Assembly: GCA_041690135.1 (NCBI GenBank)
Contig: JAWLHY010000008.1
Span: 32,001 to 96,000 of the forward strand
Origin: Armatimonadota bacterium
GTDB lineage: Bacteria; Armatimonadota; SYMT01
Reading direction: 5' to 3'
Length of the DNA stretch: 64,000 nt
Shown here piece by piece: positions 1 to 9,401 of the stretch. The first letter of the stretch is position 1; each line of letters starts with the position of its first letter. The notes beneath the pieces were generated by a model. That model did not search any database. It was given only the letters and a program-made list of their open reading frames with translations, and was not told where the DNA came from. A program made the translations under genes and the position numbers.

Positions 1-2
1 CA

Positions 3-1667
3 GTGGCTTTACCGGTTTCCCGGCCCGCATCGGGACAGGTGGGTCCCGTGTACGCGCCCCACGGCATGGTCGCATCTTCCAGCGAGATTGCCTCGCGGGT
101 TGGGGCGGACGTTCTCAAGCGGGGAGGCAACGCGGTGGATGCTGCGGTGGCGGTGGGCCTGGCCCTGGCGGTGACCTACCCCACGGCGGGGAACCTGGGC
201 GGCGGCGGCTTCATGGTGGTGCGGATGGCGGACGGGCGCGCGGCTGCCCTGGACTTCCGCGAAATGGCGCCCGCCCGAGCGCACCGGGACATGTACCTCG
301 ATCCGAAGACGAAGGAGGTCCTCCCAGAAGCCTCCACGGTGGGCTACCTGGCCGCCGGGGTACCGGGTACCGTGGCTGGCATGGCGCTTGCGCGGGACCG
401 GTACGGCACGCGGAAGTGGGCCGACCTGGTGGAGCCGGCTCGGAAGCTGGCGGTGCGCGGGTTTCCCGTGAGCCACGATCTCGCCGCGGAGTTGAAGGCG
501 CACCCGCGCCTTGCCCGGTTCGCGGAAAGCCGCCGGGTCTTCCAGCGGAACGGGAAGTTTTACGAGCCGGGTGAGACCTTCCGGCAGCCTGACCTCGCCG
601 CCACCCTCGGTCGCATCCAGCGAGTGGGACCGAGTGAGTTCTACCAGGGGAAGACGGCCCGCTTGCTGGCGGAAGACATGCAGCGCCACGGCGGACTGAT
701 CTCCCTGGAGGACCTGAAGAGCTACCGGCCCGTGGTCCGCACGCCGCTCCGGGGGACCTACCGCGGTTACGAGATCGTGACGATGCCCCCTCCCAGCTCT
801 GGCGGCATCGCTCTGCTGGAGATGCTGAATCTGCTGGAGCCCCTGGGTCTCCGCGCGATGGGTCACAGTTCGTCCCGCAAGTACCACGCTCTGGTCGAGG
901 TGATGCGGCGAGCCTTTGCGGACCGGGCGGAACATCTCGGCGATCCCGATTTCGTGCGCGTCCCTACCGCCGGTCTCACCTCCAAACGGTACGCGTCCGA
1001 CCTGTTCAAGACGATCGACTGGGACCGCGCCACTCCCAGCGCGCGGGTCAAGGCCGGCGCTCCCGCCCGGTACGAGTCGCTCCAGACGACGCACTACAGC
1101 GTGGTGGACCGGGCGGGGAACGCCGTCTCCACTACCTACACCCTCAACGCGGGGTACGGCAGCGGCGCCACGGTGACCGGCGCCGGCTTCCTGCTGAACA
1201 ACGAGATGGACGATTTCACTTCCAAGCCGGGGTCACCCAATCAGTTCGGGCTTCTCCAGGGCGAAGCAAACGCGATCCAACCACGGAAACGTCCACTGTC
1301 CTCGATGACCCCGACGATCGTGCTCCGGGAAGGGAAACTCCGGTTCGTCACCGGGAGCCCGGGTGGTCCCACGATCATCAACACGGTGCTCCAGACCGTG
1401 ATCAACGTCGTGGATCACGACATGAACCTGCAGCAGGCCGTCGCCGCCCCGCGCATTCACCACCAGTGGATGCCGGACGAGATCCGCCACGAGCCCTATG
1501 GGTTGGCAGCCGATGTCCGGGCCGCGCTGGAGAAGATGGGGCACCGCTTCGCCCCCTCCGCCCGGTATATCGGCGACGTGCAGACCGTGGCGGTGGATCC
1601 GAAGACCGGCTGGCGGATGGGCGCCTCCGACCCCCGCAGCCCGGACGGCGGCGCCGTGGGTCATTAA
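3..1667 (+). CDS. ggt: gamma-glutamyltransferase (true start probably upstream of window)
   Basis: GGNAVDAAVA, GNLGGGGF, DFRE, TTHYSVVD (nucleophile Thr), LNNEMDDF, PLSSMTP and GSPGG motifs. Confidence 0.95.
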   Translation: MALPVSRPASGQVGPVYAPHGMVASSSEIASRVGADVLKRGGNAVDAAVAVGLALAVTYPTAGNLGGGGFMVVRMADGRAAALDFREMAPARAHRDMYLDPKTKEVLPEASTVGYLAAGVPGTVAGMALARDRYGTRKWADLVEPARKLAVRGFPVSHDLAAELKAHPRLARFAESRRVFQRNGKFYEPGETFRQPDLAATLGRIQRVGPSEFYQGKTARLLAEDMQRHGGLISLEDLKSYRPVVRTPLRGTYRGYEIVTMPPPSSGGIALLEMLNLLEPLGLRAMGHSSSRKYHALVEVMRRAFADRAEHLGDPDFVRVPTAGLTSKRYASDLFKTIDWDRATPSARVKAGAPARYESLQTTHYSVVDRAGNAVSTTYTLNAGYGSGATVTGAGFLLNNEMDDFTSKPGSPNQFGLLQGEANAIQPRKRPLSSMTPTIVLREGKLRFVTGSPGGPTIINTVLQTVINVVDHDMNLQQAVAAPRIHHQWMPDEIRHEPYGLAADVRAALEKMGHRFAPSARYIGDVQTVAVDPKTGWRMGASDPRSPDGGAVGH

Positions 1668-1779
1668 CGCGTTGCCTACCAGGCTGGTTTCGGTGTCCAA
1701 AGCTCGCTCATTGCCAGGGATCCCGTAACCTCTGGCTCCTGAACTAACGGGATGATCTCAGCCAGCGCACCGGTAGGAT

Positions 1780-1998
1780 GTAGGGCAGGCTCTCGGATGC
1801 CTGCCTCGTCCTGGGTTAGAACCGGTCGTGCCGTGTGGCACTCCGCACCGTCGATAGGTGAGAGGATTGTATTGCATGGACCGGTTCCGCTGGTGTGCTC
1901 CTTTGTACTCGCGGCGTGCCGGGGCCTCATCCCACACGGCACGACGGGTGTTTGCCCAAGGCCAGGCGGGGACGGAGATCCCGCCTTACATCTACCGG
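1780..1998. repeat. REP/REPIN-like element with inverted GTAG-type palindromic arms
   Basis: gtagggcaggctctcggatgcctgcc (1780-1805) faces ggcggggacggagatcccgccttac (1965-1989); the right part recurs at 43808-43873. Confidence 0.55.
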
Positions 1999-2089
1999 TG
2001 CAAATACAAGGCTTATGTCGTCCACCACTAGCCAGTTCAGCCGCGGGGCGGAGGGGGGCGTTGACAACCGGATCCCTGTATCAGGTGAC

Positions 2090-2809
2090 CTATCGGATTT
2101 GCGGAACCTCTTGTCCCAGCGCAAGCCCCCGGATGTTCTGCGACATCTGCTGTAGGCGATAAGTCAGCTTTCGCTCGCCACGCTGCGACTCCGGGCAGGG
2201 GAGGTTCTGGTCGAGAGGAACAAGCTCCCAGCCCCGTCGCAGTGCCCGAGCCATGAGGAAGGGTCGCCAGCCCCAGCCGAGGTCGTTCGGCGCACCAGCG
2301 AGCTCCTCCGCCAGTTCCCGGCGCAGCAGAAACGGACCGTAGACATAGTCCGCCTGCTGTCCCAGCACCTCCCCGAAGAGCTCGTTGGTGAGTCGTTCCG
2401 TCAACTGCTGCTCGGAGGGAAAGGTCGCGAAGCTCTCCGGGCTTCTTGACGGCATCACAAGTCCCACTGCTTCACCGGCGTTCTCGGCGAAGGCGAGCAC
2501 GTTGGGCAGGCGGTGCTCGAAGAACCATCCCTTGTCCGGCTCCGTGTACAGGATCCACTTCGCGCCGTGTTCGTGGGCCGCCTTGAGCGATCCGCGCACC
2601 TGGGCCAGCGGACCGGGACTGGGTTCGTAGGGTACCAGTTCCAGGTGTGGAAGCCCCGTAAGGCGTGCGGCGAACTCCGGCGTGGAACGCCCGTGCGCGC
2701 TGTAGATCGGCCGGCCATACCTGGATAGAGCCTGAAGGGAATCGTGAACGAGCGCCTCTTCTTCCTCATCCAGGGCGCGACTCATCGTCGCCGTTGCAAA
2801 CGAAAGCAT
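2090..2809 (-). CDS. hypothetical protein, possibly glycosyltransferase-like fold
   Basis: 239-aa ORF 11 nt downstream of the lactonase gene on the same strand; YTEPDK and YGPF..WGWRP motifs. Confidence 0.65.
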   Translation of the reverse strand: MLSFATATMSRALDEEEEALVHDSLQALSRYGRPIYSAHGRSTPEFAARLTGLPHLELVPYEPSPGPLAQVRGSLKAAHEHGAKWILYTEPDKGWFFEHRLPNVLAFAENAGEAVGLVMPSRSPESFATFPSEQQLTERLTNELFGEVLGQQADYVYGPFLLRRELAEELAGAPNDLGWGWRPFLMARALRRGWELVPLDQNLPCPESQRGERKLTYRLQQMSQNIRGLALGQEVPQIR

Positions 2810-2820
2810 CGTGCGGGTAC

Positions 2821-3900
2821 TCAGGCGATTGCAAGCATCTTGAAGCAGATGGGGGCCGGGGCCTGCTGCACCGGGCCGGTGGGAGTCAGGTTTCCCGTCT
2901 CGGCATCGACCCGGCAGACGTGGAAGTTATCGGAATTCTGATTGCCGATAACCATCCAACGCCCCGAAGGGTCGAATTTGAAGTTCCGCGGCCACTTTCC
3001 GCCGGAGGGATAATGGCCGCGAGCCGTCAGACGGCCGCTGGCGGGGTCGATGCCGTAGATGGCCAGAGTGTCGTGACCACGGTTCGAACCGTACAGGATG
3101 CGTCCGTTGGGGTGAACCAGGATCTCCGAGGGATAGTTTTCCTCAGTGAAGCCGCCGGGGAGGGTGGTAATCGTCTGGATCTCCTGGAGGGTGCCGTGTT
3201 CCGCGTCGTAAGCGAATGCCGTCACCGTTGAGTCCAGCTCGTTGATGACGTACGCATACTTCCCGTTCGGGTGGAACGCGAGGTGGCGTGGTCCCGCTCC
3301 CGGCTTGAGCGGCGCCGAGGAGGGTTCGTTCGGGGAAAGCACGCCCTTTTCCGGGTCGAAGTGGTAGACCAGCACCTTATCGACGCCGAGATCCACGGCC
3401 AACGCGAACCGGTTGTTGCTGTCGAGATTGATCGAATGGGCGTGCGGCCCCTCCTGGCGCTCGGGGTTTATGCTGGAGCCAACGTGCTGGAATACGGAGG
3501 ACGCCGGGCGCAGTTGCCCCTCCGCGTCCAGGGGCAGGCAGGCCACGCTCCCGCCCATGTAGTTGGCGACCAGGACGTTCTTCCCAGTACGGTCGACCAC
3601 CACATGGCACGGCCCCGCGCCTCCGGATGGCTGCTGATTCAGCAGGGTCAGCGCACCGGTGCGTGCATCCAGGGCGAAAGCGCTGATGGCCCCAGTTCGC
3701 TCCCCCCGGAACTCGCCGATGGCGTTGACGGCGTAGAGCCGCTGCCCATTGGGATGGATGGCCAGGAAGGTGGGGTTGGCGGCTTCGGCCGCCAGGGCGA
3801 AGTCCTCAACGCTGCCGGTCGCATCGTCGAACCGGAACCGGTAAATCCCTTTGCTATCTCCGCTGGTGCTGGTGCCCACGAAAACCCAGAATTGTGCCAT
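2821..3900 (-). CDS. pgl: lactonase family beta-propeller (6-phosphogluconolactonase/cycloisomerase)
   Basis: FVGT..SKGIY, ANYMGGSV, PHAHSI, GAGPRHLAFHP, SNRGHD and WPRNF motifs; ATG at 3900. Confidence 0.9.
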   Translation of the reverse strand: MAQFWVFVGTSTSGDSKGIYRFRFDDATGSVEDFALAAEAANPTFLAIHPNGQRLYAVNAIGEFRGERTGAISAFALDARTGALTLLNQQPSGGAGPCHVVVDRTGKNVLVANYMGGSVACLPLDAEGQLRPASSVFQHVGSSINPERQEGPHAHSINLDSNNRFALAVDLGVDKVLVYHFDPEKGVLSPNEPSSAPLKPGAGPRHLAFHPNGKYAYVINELDSTVTAFAYDAEHGTLQEIQTITTLPGGFTEENYPSEILVHPNGRILYGSNRGHDTLAIYGIDPASGRLTARGHYPSGGKWPRNFKFDPSGRWMVIGNQNSDNFHVCRVDAETGNLTPTGPVQQAPAPICFKMLAIA

Positions 3901-4017
3901 AGTCCTGCCCTCCTCCCCTAACACTTGGATGCCTCACGCGAACCCACCTTCGGTCTAACGGCCGGTGCGCGGTTTCTGCTATCATCTGAGAACTCGTACT
4001 TCGCAGGACTCTTTTCC

Positions 4018-5703
4018 ATGGCCATCAGCGATACCATCAAGAAGGGCGTGATTCGCGCCCCGCACCGCTCCCTCCTCCGCGCCACCGGCGTCGTGCAGTC
4101 GGAGGCCGACTTCGACAAACCGTTCATCGCCGTCGCCAACTCGTTCGTGCAGATCGTGCCCGGCCACGCCCACCTCGACGTGGTAGGCCGTAAGGTCCGG
4201 CAGGCAATCCGGGACGCGGGCGGCGTTCCCTTCGAGTTCAACACCATCGGCGTGGATGACGGCATCGCGATGGGCCACATCGGGATGAAGTACAGTCTCG
4301 CTTCGCGTGAACTGATCGCCGACTGCGTGGAGACCATGCTGCGGGCGCACTGCTTCGATGGCGTGGTCTGTATCCCCAACTGCGACAAGATCGTCCCCGG
4401 CATGATGATGGCCGCGGCGCGGGTCAATATCCCCGCGATCTTCGTGAGCGGCGGGCCGATGAACGCCGGCAAGACATCGAAGGGCGAGGTCATCGATCTC
4501 GCGACGGTCTTCGAAGCGGTCGGAAAGGTCTCAGCGAACCGCCTTTCGCTGGAAGAACTGACGGATATCGAGCAGAACGCCTGCCCGACCTGTGGTTCGT
4601 GCTCCGGCATGTTCACGGCGAACTCGATGAACTGCCTCTGCGAGGCGCTGGGGTTGGCGCTCCCCGGCAACGGCTCCATCCTCGCGACCGATCCGGGGCG
4701 GGACCGGCTGTTCCAGGCCGCCGGCCAGGCGATCGTTCAACTCGTGGAGAGGAACATCCGGCCACGGGATATCCTCACGCCCGCGGCCTTTGAGAACGCC
4801 TTTGCCCTGGACGTGGCGATGGGGGGCAGCACGAACACCGTGCTCCACACCCTGGCGGTAGCCATCGAGGCCGGCACGCCGTTCGACCTCCGCCACCTCA
4901 ACGAGGTCTCGGCGCGTGTGCCCTACCTGTGTAAGGTCGCCCCCGCCGGCAAGTACCACATGGAAGACGTGGACCGCGCCGGCGGCATCAGCGCAATCCT
5001 AAAGACCCTGGCCGGCAAGCCGGGGACGCTGAACCTGGACTGCATTACCGTCACCGGCCGCACGCTGGGCGAGAACATCGCCGAGGCGGAAGTGAAGGAT
5101 CCGGACGTTATCCGGCCGCTCGACAATCCGTATTCGGAGCGGGGCGGGCTGGCGGTCCTGTTCGGCAATCTCGCCCCGAACGGCGCCGTGTTGAAGACCG
5201 GAGCGGTGGCGCCCAGCATGCACCGGTTCGCCGGGCCGGCGGTCATCTTCGAATCGGAAGAAGCCGCCGCCCAGGGCGTGCTGGAAGGCCAGGTGAAGAG
5301 CGGGGACGTGGTCGTGATCCGCTACGAAGGCCCGCGCGGCGGGCCCGGAATGCAAGAGATGCTGGCGCCCACGGCCAACATCATGGGCCGCGGGCTGGGG
5401 GAGTCGGTCGCCCTGATCACCGACGGTCGCTTTAGCGGCGCCACCCGCGGCGCCTGTATCGGCCACGTCTCCCCGGAAGCGGCGGCGGGTGGCCCGATCG
5501 CCCTGGTCGAGCCCGGCGACACCATCGCCATCGATATCCCGAACCGCTCCTTGACCCTCTGCATCAGCGACGAGGAACTGGAGCAGCGCCGCGCCGCCTG
5601 GAAGCGCCCCGCCCCCAAGGTCAATCATGGCTACCTGGCGCGTTATGCCGCCCAGGTGACCAGCGCCGACACGGGCGCCGTCCTGGCAACGCCGGAACTC
5701 TAA
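4018..5703 (+). CDS. ilvD: dihydroxy-acid dehydratase
   Basis: [48 protein letters not shown] and TDGRFSG motifs. Confidence 0.97.
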   Translation: MAISDTIKKGVIRAPHRSLLRATGVVQSEADFDKPFIAVANSFVQIVPGHAHLDVVGRKVRQAIRDAGGVPFEFNTIGVDDGIAMGHIGMKYSLASRELIADCVETMLRAHCFDGVVCIPNCDKIVPGMMMAAARVNIPAIFVSGGPMNAGKTSKGEVIDLATVFEAVGKVSANRLSLEELTDIEQNACPTCGSCSGMFTANSMNCLCEALGLALPGNGSILATDPGRDRLFQAAGQAIVQLVERNIRPRDILTPAAFENAFALDVAMGGSTNTVLHTLAVAIEAGTPFDLRHLNEVSARVPYLCKVAPAGKYHMEDVDRAGGISAILKTLAGKPGTLNLDCITVTGRTLGENIAEAEVKDPDVIRPLDNPYSERGGLAVLFGNLAPNGAVLKTGAVAPSMHRFAGPAVIFESEEAAAQGVLEGQVKSGDVVVIRYEGPRGGPGMQEMLAPTANIMGRGLGESVALITDGRFSGATRGACIGHVSPEAAAGGPIALVEPGDTIAIDIPNRSLTLCISDEELEQRRAAWKRPAPKVNHGYLARYAAQVTSADTGAVLATPEL

Positions 5704-5710
5704 TTTCCCC

Positions 5711-5750
5711 GCCGGGGGAGTGCTCTGCGAAAGATCAACACTCCCCCGGC
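5711..5750 (+). terminator. GC-rich hairpin after ilvD (possible terminator)
   Basis: 12-bp inverted repeat gccgggggagtg / cactcccccggc; no U-tract. Confidence 0.45.
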
Positions 5751-5885
5751 CTGGGAACGGCAACCCTGGAAGTAATGCGGCCCGCCGAAGACGAAGAAAC
5801 TATCGTCATCTTCGACCTCTCTCAGTGCAAGAGGTCCGGGCACCGTAGAGAGCATCCGGAGCGAAGTGTTTCCAGGAGTTCGGGT

Positions 5886-7769
5886 ATGAGGGCAGTAGGG
5901 GTTTTTCTGGCACTGGTCGGCGGCGCGGCGCTGGCGGCGCCGGCGGTCGGGGACAAAGCCGTGGCGACGGCCCCGCCACCGTCCGAATCACGGATCGACT
6001 GGACCGAAGCACGCCAGCACTGGTCCTTCCGTGCCCCGCAAGCCCGGCCGCGACCGGCCGTAAAACGCAAGGACTGGCCGCGGCAGCCCCTGGATTGGTT
6101 TGTCCTGTCCCGTCTGGAGCAGAAGGGGTTTGCTCCGGCTCCCGAGGCTGACCGGCGAACACTGGTCCGGCGACTCACCTACGATCTCACCGGTTTGCCC
6201 CCGACACCTGAAGAGGTCGGCGCCTTCCTGGCGGACGCCCGCGATGGTGCCTATGAGCGGCTCGTCGACCGGCTGCTGGCCTCGCCGCGCTTCGGAGAGC
6301 GCCTCGCCAGCATGTGGCTGCCCCTGGCCCGCTATGCGGAGGACCAGGCCCACCAGGTCGGAAACGACACCAAGTTCTTCTACCCGAATGCACACCTTTA
6401 CCGGCAGTGGGTGGTCGATGCCTTCAACCGGGATCTTCCCTACGACCGCTTCGTCCGCCTGCAACTCGCGGCGGATAGCCTCCGGGATGAAAAGGGTAGT
6501 TCGTCGTCGGAGTTGGCGGCGCTCGGGTTCCTGGGCCTGGGCCCCAAGTACTACAACCGCAACCGGCTGGACGTAATGGCCGACGAATGGCAGGACCGGG
6601 TCGATACGGTCACCCGCACTTTCCTGGGCCTAACCGTGGCCTGCGCGCGGTGCCACGACCACAAGTACGACCCGGTGACGATGCACGACTACTACGCCCT
6701 GGCCGGGGTGTTCGCCAGCACCAAGATGGTGAACAAGGCGCCGTCCGGGGTAGTCGCCGCCAATACCGAAGCCGCGAAGTTTCCGAAAGACGCGCTCCAC
6801 ATCGTCGAGGACGACAAGCCGCAGGACCTGAACATTTTTCTCCGCGGAAATGTGGAGAACAAGGGTCCGGTAGCCCCCCGCCGCTTCTTGCGCGTGCTCT
6901 CCGATGCGGATCCCGAGCCTTTCCGGCAGGGCAGCGGCCGGAGCGAGTTGGCGGAAGCGATCGTGGCCCCAGGCAACCCGCTTACGGCGCGGGTGATGGT
7001 CAACAGGCTGTGGGGCCAGGTCTTCGGCAACCCGCTGGTCGGCACCCCCAGCAACTTCGGTCTCCTGGGCGATCAGCCCACCCATCCGGAGTTGCTGGAC
7101 GACCTGGCAATCCGCTTCGTGAAGAACGGGTGGTCCGTGAAATCGGCCGTGCGGGAGATGGTCCTTTCCGCCACCTACCGCCAGAGTTCGGTGGTTGCCG
7201 CGGCGCCGCAGCCGGTGGCCAAGGGTAAGAAGCCGGTGGATCCGATGACCGCCGATCCGGCGAACGCGCTGCTGTGGCGGATGAACCGCCGCCGGCTCTC
7301 CGTCGAGCAGTGGCGGGACAGTGTGCTCTTCACGTCCGGGCAGCTCGATCTGACGGGGGGACCGTCGCTGGAGTTGACGGACCCGGCCAACCGCAAGCGC
7401 ACGTTGTATGCCCGCATCAGCCGCCTCAAGCTGGACGACTTCCTGACGCAGTTCGACTACCCGGACGCCAACGTGCATGCCGAGAAGCGCGCGGTGACGA
7501 CCACTCCCATGCAGAAGCTGTTCGTACTGAACAGTCCCTTTGCGCAGGAACAGGCGAAGGCTCTGGCGGCGCGCCTCACCGCCGACGCAGGTGAGTCCGA
7601 CCCGTCGCGGGTCACCCGGGCGTACCAGCTCCTCTACGCGCGCGAACCAACCGCCGCCGAGCTAGACCTGGCCCTGGCCTACCTTTCCGGCCCAGCGGAA
7701 GGGATGCCCCGTTGGGAGCGTTACGCGCAGGTGCTGCTGGCCGCCAACGAGATGATGTATTTGGACTGA
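5886..7769 (+). CDS. DUF1549/DUF1553 (PSD1-type) secreted protein
   Basis: signal peptide; HWSF, LVRRLTYDLTGLPPT, CARCHDHKYDP, NPLTARVMVNR and HPELLD motifs. Confidence 0.9.
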   Translation: MRAVGVFLALVGGAALAAPAVGDKAVATAPPPSESRIDWTEARQHWSFRAPQARPRPAVKRKDWPRQPLDWFVLSRLEQKGFAPAPEADRRTLVRRLTYDLTGLPPTPEEVGAFLADARDGAYERLVDRLLASPRFGERLASMWLPLARYAEDQAHQVGNDTKFFYPNAHLYRQWVVDAFNRDLPYDRFVRLQLAADSLRDEKGSSSSELAALGFLGLGPKYYNRNRLDVMADEWQDRVDTVTRTFLGLTVACARCHDHKYDPVTMHDYYALAGVFASTKMVNKAPSGVVAANTEAAKFPKDALHIVEDDKPQDLNIFLRGNVENKGPVAPRRFLRVLSDADPEPFRQGSGRSELAEAIVAPGNPLTARVMVNRLWGQVFGNPLVGTPSNFGLLGDQPTHPELLDDLAIRFVKNGWSVKSAVREMVLSATYRQSSVVAAAPQPVAKGKKPVDPMTADPANALLWRMNRRRLSVEQWRDSVLFTSGQLDLTGGPSLELTDPANRKRTLYARISRLKLDDFLTQFDYPDANVHAEKRAVTTTPMQKLFVLNSPFAQEQAKALAARLTADAGESDPSRVTRAYQLLYAREPTAAELDLALAYLSGPAEGMPRWERYAQVLLAANEMMYLD

Positions 7770-7816
7770 GGTTGAGAGAAATGGACAAGGGAAACCGACC
7801 TCGTTGCGAGGGGCCG

Positions 7817-9202
7817 ATGGACGCGCCTGTGAACCGGCGGGAGTTGCTTCAGCGGATGTGCGCCGGGTTCGGGACACTGAGCCTCGCCGGGCTCATCGAG
7901 GATTCCGCATCCGCGGCGGAGAAGGCGCGCCTGCCGCATATCGCGCCCCGGGCAAAGCGGGCCGTGTTTCTGTTCATGAACGGCGGTCCCTCGCACGTCG
8001 ATACCTTCGACCCCAAGCCGGATCTGGAGAAGTTTGCGGGGCAGCAGCCGACCGGTGACCTGTATCGGAAGAACAAAGGGTCCGGTTACATGCCGTCTCC
8101 CTTCAAGTTCGCCCGGCACGGCCAGAGCGGCATCGAGGTGAGCGAGTCGCTGCCGAATCTGGCCCGCATCATCGACGATTGCTGCGTCATCCGCTCCATG
8201 CGTACGGACGTTCCGAACCATGAGCCGGCGCTATTGCAGATGCACACCGGCAACATCCAGCCGATCCGGCCCTCCCTCGGATCCTGGCTGCTGTACGGCC
8301 TCGGGACCGAGAACCGGAACCTTCCCGGCTACGTGGTGCTGCGGCCCACGCCGAAGATCGTGGTCGGTCCGGCGCTCTGGAGCAACAGCTTTCTCCCCGC
8401 GGAATACCAGGCGGCCAGCGTGGTGACGCAGGACATGCAGGTCGAGAAGCTGATTGCCAACATCCGCAACCCGCGCCTGAGTCCGGGAGAGCAGCGGGAA
8501 CAACTCGATCTACTGGAGCGGCTGAACCAGATCCACCTCGCCCGCCGGCCCGGTGATACGGAGCTGGACGGTCAGATCAAAGCCATGGAGACCGCCTTCC
8601 GCATGCAGTCGGAAGCGATGGAGACCTTCGACATCAACCGCGAACCGGCACACGTCCGGGAGAAGTACGGCGATACAGCCTTCGGCCGTTCCTGTCTGCT
8701 GGCCCGGCGGCTCCTGGAAGATGGGGTACGCTTTGTCACCGTATATTACGTGAATAACGGCAACCAGCCGTGGGACACGCACCAGAACCACAACCAGAAC
8801 CACCCGAAGCTGTGTGCCGACAGCGACCGCGCCTCCGCCGCCCTCATCGAGGACCTGAAGCTGCGCGGCCTCCTGGACGACACGCTGGTGATCTGGTCCG
8901 GAGAGTTCGGTCGCACGCCCTATGCCGAGCAAGCCGACCCCACGAAAGTGGGCCGCGACCACCATCACACTGCCTTCTCAACCCTGCTGGCCGGTGGTGG
9001 GGTCAAGGGCGGGACGGTTTACGGAGCCTCGGACGAGTTTGGGATGAACGCCGTGGAGAACCCGGTCCACGTCCACGACCTGCACGCGACGATCCTCCAC
9101 CTGATGGGACTGGACCACGAGCGGCTGCGGTATCGCTACAGCGGCCGCGATTTCCGCCTGACCGATGTGTTCGGCAAGGTGGTGAAGGACATTATTGCCT
9201 GA
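7817..9202 (+). CDS. DUF1501 domain protein (sulfatase-like fold, TAT-like leader)
   Basis: NRRELL, FLFMNGGPSHVDTFDPKP, WDTH, GEFGRTP, GRDH and HVHDLHAT motifs. Confidence 0.92.
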   Translation: MDAPVNRRELLQRMCAGFGTLSLAGLIEDSASAAEKARLPHIAPRAKRAVFLFMNGGPSHVDTFDPKPDLEKFAGQQPTGDLYRKNKGSGYMPSPFKFARHGQSGIEVSESLPNLARIIDDCCVIRSMRTDVPNHEPALLQMHTGNIQPIRPSLGSWLLYGLGTENRNLPGYVVLRPTPKIVVGPALWSNSFLPAEYQAASVVTQDMQVEKLIANIRNPRLSPGEQREQLDLLERLNQIHLARRPGDTELDGQIKAMETAFRMQSEAMETFDINREPAHVREKYGDTAFGRSCLLARRLLEDGVRFVTVYYVNNGNQPWDTHQNHNQNHPKLCADSDRASAALIEDLKLRGLLDDTLVIWSGEFGRTPYAEQADPTKVGRDHHHTAFSTLLAGGGVKGGTVYGASDEFGMNAVENPVHVHDLHATILHLMGLDHERLRYRYSGRDFRLTDVFGKVVKDIIA

Positions 9203-9257
9203 GGGGGTGGACCTTAGGGACTGCCAAACAATAACCGCTAAAGTTGGGCGAGTGACG

Positions 9258-9349
9258 ACCCACAAGTGGGTGCCCCGGCTACACACGGCGACTGCCCACA
9301 CCCACTCTGTGGGTACCCGGCGCCCACACCCACTCCGTGGGTACCCGGG
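9258..9349. repeat. palindromic ACCCAC..GTGGGT(A)CCCGG repeat cluster including a 28-bp tandem duplication
   Basis: 9294-9321 and 9322-9349 are near-identical; related unit at 9258-9283; another copy at 42987-43018. Confidence 0.75.
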
Positions 9350-9401
9350 CGTAAACCTGCGTCGGTTGGAAACGATGTAGCCGTTATTCCTTGGCGGATC
9401 C

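Noticed and set aside
9294-9349. 28-bp repeats as a CRISPR array
   Set aside because: units are directly adjacent with no spacers, only two are near-identical, and no cas genes are present
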